From Octopus sinensis (lineage: Eukaryota), in NCBI RefSeq assembly GCF_006345805.1, contig NC_043008.1, forward strand, positions 16,740,001 through 16,804,000: DNA of 64,000 nucleotides, written 5' to 3'. Made by a program: the position numbers and the translations under genes. The notes under the pieces were generated by a model. It had not been told where the DNA came from, did no database searches, and worked only from the letters and a program-made list of their open reading frames with translations. Below, one piece after another: positions 54,605 through 64,000 of the stretch. Positions within the stretch are counted from its first letter, which is position 1, and every line of letters starts with the position of its first letter.

Positions 54605-55779
54605 ATATATATATATTATATCTATATATATATATATATATAATATCCTATTAATTATATAATATATTTGCAGTAAGTCAATTCTACACTTATACTGTTT
54701 ACGTTGAAGTCGAACCAATTAAGAAGTGGCAAGGTTTCTCCAATAGAAATAGAATAAAAATACCATAAGCTAATACATTTATGTACATATTTGCCAATAT
54801 GCTATTGTGCAAATAAAACTTTTTAAAGCCGATAAATATTTTGCCAAAGTCAATTCTTTTACAAAAATAGTGTTTTTACTGTTATAAATTGACCTTAAGT
54901 AATTGCCAATTGGAAAACTTTATATCTGTGAAGAAAAAGTAAATGGTATATTATATTTTAACAAGAGATTCTGGCAGGACAGATATATTTTGTAATCATT
55001 TCGTAAACTGACGCCATTTAAAGCGAAAATAAACATTGTATTCTGATACAATTTTTTTTTTACGGTAAATAATTTTATATTCAAATAATTATCTGGTTCC
55101 ATAATCTTTTATAGAAATATAATCGTTGCACAGCAGCAAATACAGACACCCAGCTGACAGGACAACTGTTAACATTTTCTGGCCAAATCTCCGTTATATT
55201 CTTGGCCATAGCCTATAACAGTTAATGCAAGAAAAAGAAAGAAAAATGGAGTTGAAATATTTTGCAATAGGCAACATAGTTGATGTAGTTATAGTTGTAG
55301 TTGATGTTATTGATATTACTATTTAGGTACAGGATTAGCAGATGGAACTATACCATGCTGTATATATTCTAATGTATTGTCCAAAATACATACATACACG
55401 TACACACACATACATATATATACATGCAAATATATATATGTATATATATAAGAGTGTATAAAGATTTACGCACAAAGGGAAGACCCATGTCAGGACATTT
55501 TAAATGCTAAAATGTGTATTCAAACGCAAACTACGAGAAATTAATTGTAAAGGCACGCCGACAGTGGCACTTAAAGGAATGGAATTATTATTAGTTAATC
55601 CCATACTCGAGGTTCCTTACGTATTAGGCTACATTGCTGCATTGCTTTAACGAATCCACTGATGAACTACGGATGACATATTCATTTATTCGTTCATTAA
55701 TAGGGAAACTGGAGTATGAGATTAACAAATAATACTTCCTTTCATTTCAGTGCCTTTTTTTCGTAGTTTGAATAAACAG

Positions 55780-55861
55780 ATAGATAGATAGATAGATGAA
55801 TACAAAGAGGGATAGATGGATACATAGACAGATAAATAGATGGATAGATATATGGATAGAC

Positions 55862-55895
<34 letters not shown>

Positions 55896-56045
55896 TAGAC
55901 AGACAGACAGATATATAGATATATAGATATACTGATAGATAGATAGATAGATAGATACATACATACATACATACATACATACATACATACATACATACAT
56001 ACATACATACATACATACATACATACATACATACATACATACATA
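55780..56045. repeat. (AGAT)n-(ACAT)n compound microsatellite
   Basis: Direct reading. Confidence 0.95.
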
Positions 56046-56806
56046 GGTGGTGGTAAACTGAACCAAAGTTTGGAAAAACGAATGGGTGCAAAGAAACTTA
56101 AATCGTAATGGCTACTATGTCGTATATACTTTCAGTATTTAGAAACCCATTGTGACAATGTCCCTCTGTAGAGAATCAAGTTGATATCAGTAAGTTTCAA
56201 ACGCGCTAAAGTTTCTATAAAATAATTTGTATTCAGATTCTCTAAGATATATAATGTCCTTCGCAATTACTGGTATCACTGTGTAATTGATTAGCTCCAA
56301 TTTTAGTATTTGACTGCCAAAAACGAAATTCTGGGCAGTATTCATGAGAAAATTCGTGTGGAAATATGTAATAAATATACAAATTCTATAGAGTTAACTT
56401 ACTTTAAGAGAATAAGAAGTATAAGTCTGTATCAAAGGAAACCAGGGAATGGCACTTACTGACTTGTTCTTTAATAAATACAATCCAGGATGAATAAACA
56501 TAACAAAAATAAAGTTATAGATATGAAGAGAAAATTATATAAGTGGATATGATGATATAAGAATATGTTCTAAGAAGGTTCTAACGCAAATGACTTGACA
56601 GCTTTACCACATGTATATCTCTATACGTATCTATAAATCTGATTATGCATATACATATTATATAATATATATATATTCATATATGTATACATATATATTA
56701 TATATATATATAGATATAAATATATATTCATATTTATATTTACATATATACACACTCATATATACATACATATATATGTACACACACATACACACACACA
56801 TTATAT

Positions 56807-56847
<41 letters not shown>

Positions 56848-57001
56848 TATACATATATATGTATGTATATATATAATATATAATATATATATATACAAAT
56901 ATATATATCTATATATATATATATATATATATACTGCACATAATTTTTGTATATATATACATATATATGTATGTATATATATATATATATATTATATAAC
57001 A

Positions 57002-57033
<32 letters not shown>

Positions 57034-57139
57034 CTGCACATAATTTTCTGTATACTCATAATACATACACACACACACAAGCACACAAAGCACACATAGA
57101 CACCTACATATTCATACACACACACACTCTTATATATAC

Positions 57140-57177
<38 letters not shown>

Positions 57178-57309
57178 GTATAAACATACACACAGAGATA
57201 TAGACACACACACACACACATACACACATATATATATATATATATGTACATGTACATACATATATGTACATAAAATGTGTATGTGTGCGCGCGTGTTCGT
57301 CTGTCTGAG

Positions 57310-57700
57310 TAAATCATCTTTAATACCTTTAAAAGACGAATAACTTTCCAATATCTTCGTGACTATGAACGTTAGCAACTTGACAGGGCATATTTTGTTT
57401 AGCAACCAACCTATTATTACATACATTTGAATGATGTGCAAAAACCAAGCTAAACTTGCAGATAGAAATTATGTATTGGACAGTTCTTCCCATACATAAT
57501 CCCGTTTATGCTTCCCAACGTACGATCTTCATTTCTCCTCATAATTAACATTTACAACTGTCTGAAAGACATGGTATCCAAATATATAAATGTATTCCGC
57601 ATTATTCTTGCAATCTAATGCACTAATAGTTATTTATTTTCAATCTTGTCTCACTTCCATATATTAAATTTTACGTTTGGTGTCTTTACCTCTTGCAATT
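57310..57700 (-). pseudogene. Possible RTE-type LINE C-terminal relic
   Basis: Minus strand NLIYGSET (cf. LLYGSETW) followed in frame by FAHHSNVCNNRLVAK (cf. WFGHVxRMxxNRL); many stops. Confidence 0.4.
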
Positions 57701-59139
57701 TCTGTGAATATATATCATCAAATATCTGGTGATATATGTGTTATAGTAACAGAAATATTGTCTCTAAACACATTAGTAATGAACATAACGTTTGACTTGC
57801 TAACTTCTTAGGTTTCATAAAACGTTGGCATTTCGGAACATGCTTTCTTATTAAATATGAGAAGTTGTCAACTGTAAACGATATAACGAAATTTTCTGTT
57901 TCAAGACTAGTAGAAAATCGTAGGATGAAGTGCCAAATGTGTTTGTATATATATATATATATATATTTCTCCCCAACACGGATCAAACCTAAAATTATTT
58001 AACTATGGCACTCATATGTCTAGTTCTTAACCAAAGAAATAAGCCCAGATATCAGTGAATCTGTGTAAATATCAAAAATAAATAAAAGAAATCTCAATAA
58101 AGAAGTGCTATCTGTATATCTTACTTAACCTTGGTTTAACTAAAAGAAATCAAAGTCACTACGGTATAAGACCTGAGAAAGCATCTTATATGGACGTCAA
58201 TCCGAGTTGCTTTCCCAAGATGAAAACTGCAGTACTCTGGCTTAAATTTAGTATTTCCAAGTTCAGAAAGATATACATGTTGCTGTTATGAACTAATAAT
58301 GTTTCCCTCGTTAATAATGATTTTTCAGTAAAAATTTAAGCTAATGTCACTTGGTTTGTAACTTCAACGAACTGTTACATTTTAAAACAAGACCATTGAT
58401 TCAATGTTGCCTTACCAAACATGCACTTTATATTTATCTCAAGACATCACTGAAAAAAATATATGTTCTGATCATTTCAATGTAGTTCTAATAAATATGA
58501 TATTGTAAAGACTTGCAAACGACACAATATTCCTGAAGGGTAAATATAGGAATTATTAAGCATACGAAGGTAGGGATTCAAGTATTAATCTAAAGAAACA
58601 TATCTTGATATAAATGAAAGATACATAATTATAGATATTGAAAGTTTCGGTTGGTTATATAATTCGATTTAAAATTATTATTATTGATTGATATCAGTGA
58701 AGATAAAAAGAATTGTAGGATAGCAGACAGACTTTATTACGGTAAAGTGTTTTGAATTCAAATTTTCTCGAGGTCATCTCTATTCGTCTCCCTGGGTAAT
58801 CAATAAGCGAAGTAATACTAATGGTTTTAGCTCAGTTGAGTCGACGAAGCCCTTCTTTGGCTAAATTACTCTTTCGCCTAGTGAAGGAAAATCAATATGT
58901 ATATTGATTCGAAGACTACGATTCGTATATTGCTTTATAAGTATATAAAATATATATTCGTTTATAACACACATACACACCACCATCACCAATACCAACA
59001 CCAAAACCACCACCACCATCACCATTACCAGCGACAACAACACTACCATATTTGTACATAAAAATGTATACATATACATTTATGCATGCACATGTATATA
59101 CACACACACACACACACACTCATATATATATATTTATAT

Positions 59140-59630
59140 TTTATCTAGTTTCAGCTCTCGAGCTGTGGCCATGCTGGGGCACCGCCATTCAGGTGTTGCT
59201 TCATGATTTTACTTCACGAATGCTTTTTAGCAATTGCCATTTCGTGCATGAGAGAGTTCGATGCAGCTGTTCTCATCTGCACCTCCAGCCGTGAAGTTGG
59301 TTCATCTGGGACACCTGACAGGAAGAGATCCAGTTTTATTTTAAAGACATCTGCATCCAACCCATGCAGGTGTCTCAGGACCTTCGGGAGGATATTGAAG
59401 AGCTGTGGACCTCTGAAGCCCATGCTATCACAGTATCTTGTCCTACATCTTGATGGCAAATTTGGAGTCCTTGGCACTATGCAGTGGCGCCCAGTTCTAG
59501 TATATATACATACATACACACGCGTATACATATCCATAGCCCGAGACAAAAGACACGAAAATGCCACGCAGTGGGACTGAACCCGCAACATCGTGTTTGG
59601 GAAGCAGGTTTCTTACTGCTCAGCCTGTAA
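59140..59630 (-). mobile_element. SINE family 2 head (59625-59520) and tail (59200-59140) bracketing a LINE fragment
   Basis: Minus strand GGTTCAGTCCCACTGCGTGGCA head; GGCGGTGCCCCAGCATGGCCACAGC tail. Confidence 0.65.
59205..59495 (-). pseudogene. CR1/L2-group LINE ORF2 C-terminal fragment
   Basis: Uninterrupted RTGRHCIVP..RTRYCDSMGFRGPQLFNILPKVLRHLHGLDADVFKIKLDLFLSGVPDEP..RTAASNSL, typical of the CR1/L2-group C-terminus (GPxLFNxLP..FKxxLDxFL). Confidence 0.8.
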
Positions 59631-59698
59631 TATATTATATATAAGCATGATAAGCATCTAGATTGTTTTCTTATATATATGTGTGTGTGTATATATAC

Positions 59699-59742
<44 letters not shown>

Positions 59743-59754
59743 GTATATATATAT

Positions 59755-59798
<44 letters not shown>

Positions 59799-61384
59799 AT
59801 AATATATATACATATGTTTGCGTGTGTATATATGTATATAACATGTTATATATATCGGGTTATATACATACATACACTCACAAACACACACACATATATA
59901 TGTGAATGCTTACAAATAAATGCATGTATGTATATACATTTATTTATACATGCATGCATGTATACATACGTACACAACCACACACACAAGTCACTTTTAC
60001 ACACACTGAAGTACAAGTTCTGAAGATATTCGCTACCATAGGTATTTGTTCTGAATAACGTTAAAGAAAGACATTACCTTATAATACACTTGTTAATGTT
60101 GAACACTAAAGCAATGCAGATTTTAACTTTACTTAAATAGGTTCATAGAATTCAAACAGTAAAACACGTTGATTGTATCTATTGAAAAGTATTCAGTCGT
60201 TCCCAAGCAATCATTATCACCTGTTCAGCTATGATATCCTCGATGTATGGTAGACCATTGCTTAGATATATGTAAATCATAAGTGAAGAAAGTGAGTATT
60301 CTAATAACTGTGAAAGAAAAGTGTTGTGAATAACTGACTAATAAGAATTACTTCGATGAATGAAAGGATTAATTAATCAATTAATAAAGGACGGACGGTT
60401 TGGCTGTATGAAAGAGTGGTGACAATAATCGCAAAATTAAGTCAACAAATCTAACACAGAGTCTCAATGTAATTGAAATCCAATGACACAAAGGGCTTTC
60501 AAATTAAATACAATTATATATATTAGGAACGCATATTTCAAAGATATCCTTATCGTTAATGAAAGTAACATGAAATATTTGTTTCATAATAGTATATATA
60601 ATCAATGAAGGAAATCAATGTACTTGAAAAGTCTCTGGAAACAGCTATAAGTTAACATATATCATATGTTAAAGCAAATAATATCACAACCTTTAATGAA
60701 TGCAATTCATTAAAAATCATTGACAATTACGTCAGATGTATTAATTGAAACGTATAAACTGAAATGGAAATAAAGGATTGGTAACCGTATGAAATCGTAT
60801 GTAACCGAAGTGTTTATAATGCTCACGAAAAGAAGTTAAGTATATGATATTTATTTTTTTTATTTTGGGGATTTTGAAGCTTTGATAATCTTTGTTACTT
60901 ATTACGTTTCTTCGATAACAATTGGGAAGTTCGTATATAACAAGGAGAAGATTTCTGCTCTGCCACAATAAAAGAATTCATTTGGGGAATAGACAACAGG
61001 AAAACAATATCATTTATGCTGTTGTTGTTCTTGACTATTAACTGGCTCTGGGAGTAGTACCTCTGGTTCGGAAGTTCTAAGGGTTTAATGGCTGTGAAAC
61101 TAAATATTAGACACTGTCGTACCCAGGTTTACTCCGAACTGAAACCGAACTAGTAGCACCGTAAGGAGACCCGCTATGGATTCATTGACGTGTCAAAGAA
61201 TTGCCTCCTGAAGAAGGTCACTCAAAATCACCCACAACAAATACAGAGCAGATAAGGTATTCAGCTTTTTAGCAACATATCTATGAGAAGCTAACTTCAT
61301 ACATCATGCATTCTGATAACTGCAGGGCACGTAGTATTTGTTGAACCAGACCAAAACAAGTTCGAAGAAAGATATATGGGTTCG

Positions 61385-61546
61385 GATCTGCACAAACCTT
61401 ATCCACTATAGTAACTGAGTGAACTGGAGCAACGTGAAATGACGTGTTTTGCTCAAGAGCACAACGCGTGGCTCGGTCCAGGAATCGAAACCACAATCTT
61501 ACGATCATGGTGCTGACGCCCTAACCACTAAGCCACGCGCCTCCAC
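61385..61546 (-). mobile_element. tRNA-derived SINE (family 3-like head)
   Basis: Minus strand GGAGGCGCGTGGCTTAGTGGTTAG (A box) and GGTTTCGATTCC (B box). Confidence 0.8.
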
Positions 61547-62039
61547 ATATAGACATATACATATAGACATACAGATCCATAAGCTCACATGCATGCCAAC
61601 AATACATACATACGTAAAGGAAAATATCAGTACATTTATAGACATTGTTATATGTTATTAACTTGGAGTAACGCTTAGAAGGTGATCGTGATAAGGTCGT
61701 GGGGTTGGATATTTGCTCCATATTATATATGAAGGCTGGAAGAACCAGTTAAGCACCAGAAACAATTGTATTGGGGTCGATATTATCAAAGTAGATAGCC
61801 TAGTATCTCGGTTAAGAATCAATATATATACTAGTTATAACACTGATCTAATAAAGAAACGTTCATAGAATACGACATGTTTACGTGCAGATTAACCTAC
61901 ATTTACAACAAAAGACTAAAAGCTAATTTCTCATATTTATATATTTACATGACTACATGTAAACACATGAGCAAAAAGAGACAGATATTTCAAAAATTTA
62001 ATCCATTCAATAAACGTATTTCTTGAGATTAAAAGAACT

Positions 62040-62137
62040 ACTTCAAGCCTATATATACATACACACATGCATATATATGTTATTTATGTATGAATGTATG
62101 CATGTATGTATGCATGTATGTATGCATGTATGTATGC

Positions 62138-62180
<43 letters not shown>

Positions 62181-62279
62181 TACACACACATTTGAATATA
62201 TACTTATATACAGGTATACAAACATACATACATACATTTATAAACATATATATATACCCATGTGTGTGTGTGTGCATAT

Positions 62280-62322
<43 letters not shown>

Positions 62323-62483
62323 TATATATACATGCATACATACATGCATACATATATATGTATGTATGTATGAATGTATGTACATTTGTGTGTAAGTATG
62401 CATGTATATATATACACATACACACACATTTGAACATATATATATATATATACATATATATATGTAACATATATATATATATA

Positions 62484-62527
<44 letters not shown>

Positions 62528-63181
62528 CTTATACACAAGCATACAAACATGTGTATGTGCGTGTGTTTGTGAACGTTGGTATGTATCTATCTTTCTTCCT
62601 CTCTCTCCCTCTTTCCTTCTCCTTCCCTGTAACTATCTGTCTGTCTATCTATCTATTTATTTATCTATCTATCTACCTATCTTTGTAGAAAGATAGTAAT
62701 AGACCTGGAGATAAGAAATAGATGAACGAAAATATGTAAACATGGAGAAGATAACATAAGTAGTTTGATTTTGAAAATACAGAAAATGTTGTGATGGAGC
62801 GGGGGAAGAAGCGTAAGGGCGCGTGTGTAATGGAACGAGAACAATGCCTACGAAGAGAACAATAGAAATATATGTGTATTAGGGAGAACACGATAGATCG
62901 ATGAATGTATAGATCGAGATGTATAATTAAATTGATGTATAGCAAGATAAAGAGGAACAGATTTATGATAGAACAATCAGTGCAATCATCGATAGAGAAA
63001 CAGGTTTATATATAGAAATATATATATATATACATACACTATATACACATATATATATATATGTATATATATACATATATATATATTATATATATATATA
63101 TATATCTTTATCTATATATATGTATGTATATATATACATATATATATATGTATATATCTATATATATATATATATATTCAT

Positions 63182-63212
<31 letters not shown>

Positions 63213-63255
63213 GTATTATATATATATATACATATATATATGTACACTCACTCAC

Positions 63256-63295
<40 letters not shown>

Positions 63296-63310
63296 GTATG
63301 TATATCATAC
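62040..63310. repeat. Degenerate (TA)n/(TATG)n/(CA)n microsatellite cluster
   Basis: Direct reading. Confidence 0.9.
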
Positions 63311-63829
63311 TCACATGCAAAGTTTAAATTTATAATCGTTTAGCAGTTCAGTTGTGATGCGGAACTAAACGTATTGTTATTTAGATTTTAGATGTTTTAC
63401 AAATGCACACAAAAACACACGCCCACAGACACACATGCGCACAAGCAGAGAAATATAGTTAATTTGCTTTAGGAACGTATGCACGTCTGATCGTGTATAT
63501 GACTGTATATATTTTAGGGTCTGCAAACATATGATAGTATACACGTTTCATGAAAATAAATGGAATCACTAAATAAGTTGCATTTCAGCAAGAATAAAAC
63601 TCTGCCGATTCCACTGGCCGAAATTCTTGTGTAGCAGAAATATTTATGTTACTTTCTCCATTTTTGTTCTCAATTTTTTTCTCTCTTCTCGTCAATTCTT
63701 TCGGGAGAAGATTATGTACTAGAAATGTAAGATCGCTTTTCCTTCCATTGTTGTTCAATTTCCTAAGCGGAAACCTAATATCAGCCGTTTGTTTGTTTGT
63801 TTTTACTTCGTCTTGTTTGTTCCTTCTCG

Positions 63830-64000
63830 AGCCACGCCTGACACATATGGCCGGTTTCCCGGTTTTCTTGGCGTATAGGTTCTCAACCTAGATGGGACGC
63901 CGGTCCGTCGCAGGTGAGATGCAAGATGCAGGAGGAAAGAGTGAGAGAAAATTGTGGCGAAGGAATCAGCAAAAGTTCGACATTACCTTCTGCTGGAGCC
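63830..64000 (-). mobile_element. SINE sharing the family 3 core but with a different tail (runs off the window end)
   Basis: GAGGAAAGAGTGAGAGAAA.TTGTGGCGAA shared with 9665-9693. Confidence 0.7.

Noticed and set aside
56860-57060. About 100-bp duplication (ATACTGCACATAATTTT twice) and similar repeats at 17860-17940 and 38950-39020; single-base phase slips in many STRs
   Set aside because: Explicable by slippage within TA tracts or by uncorrected read/assembly errors in repeats.
61205-61240. CTGAAGAAGG.. possible hammerhead start (also CTGATGA at 53040 and 55660)
   Set aside because: No GAAA after a stem II and no stem I/III partners.
61480-61546. tRNA gene
   Set aside because: A/B boxes continue into a SINE body without a 3' acceptor stem or terminator; this is a tRNA-derived SINE head, as are the other A/B-box hits.

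Overview
Very AT-rich, microsatellite-dense eukaryotic DNA with no recognisable host protein-coding exon. Almost every ORF in the supplied track is a translation of (TA)n, (CA)n, (ATCT)n or trinucleotide repeats. The repeat landscape (tRNA-headed SINEs, mariner relics, RTE/CR1 LINE fragments, long compound microsatellites) suggests an octopus/coleoid cephalopod intergenic or intronic region; this is inferred from repeat style, not proven. A 100-N scaffold gap lies at 49997-50096. The most notable result is a small, young element at 41375-41837. It is a 364-bp monomer plus a 99-bp terminal redundancy (98/99 identical) whose 3' end abuts (TA)n, and its minus strand folds into a nearly canonical type I hammerhead ribozyme (stems I-III intact, GUC cleavage site, U4C core variant). 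This is the architecture of a retrozyme or Penelope-type pseudo-LTR copied from a circular or tandem RNA. A second, truncated and 5'-inverted copy lies at 2475-2561. Four more hammerhead-like motifs from other Penelope-like families occur at about 4.5, 13.7, 21.7 and 26.7 kb. Other features: several fold-back structures, a mariner derivative made of two left ends, a SINE multimer inside one 14-bp TSD, and inserts that appear to target (TAA)n. All alignments and folds were done by eye.
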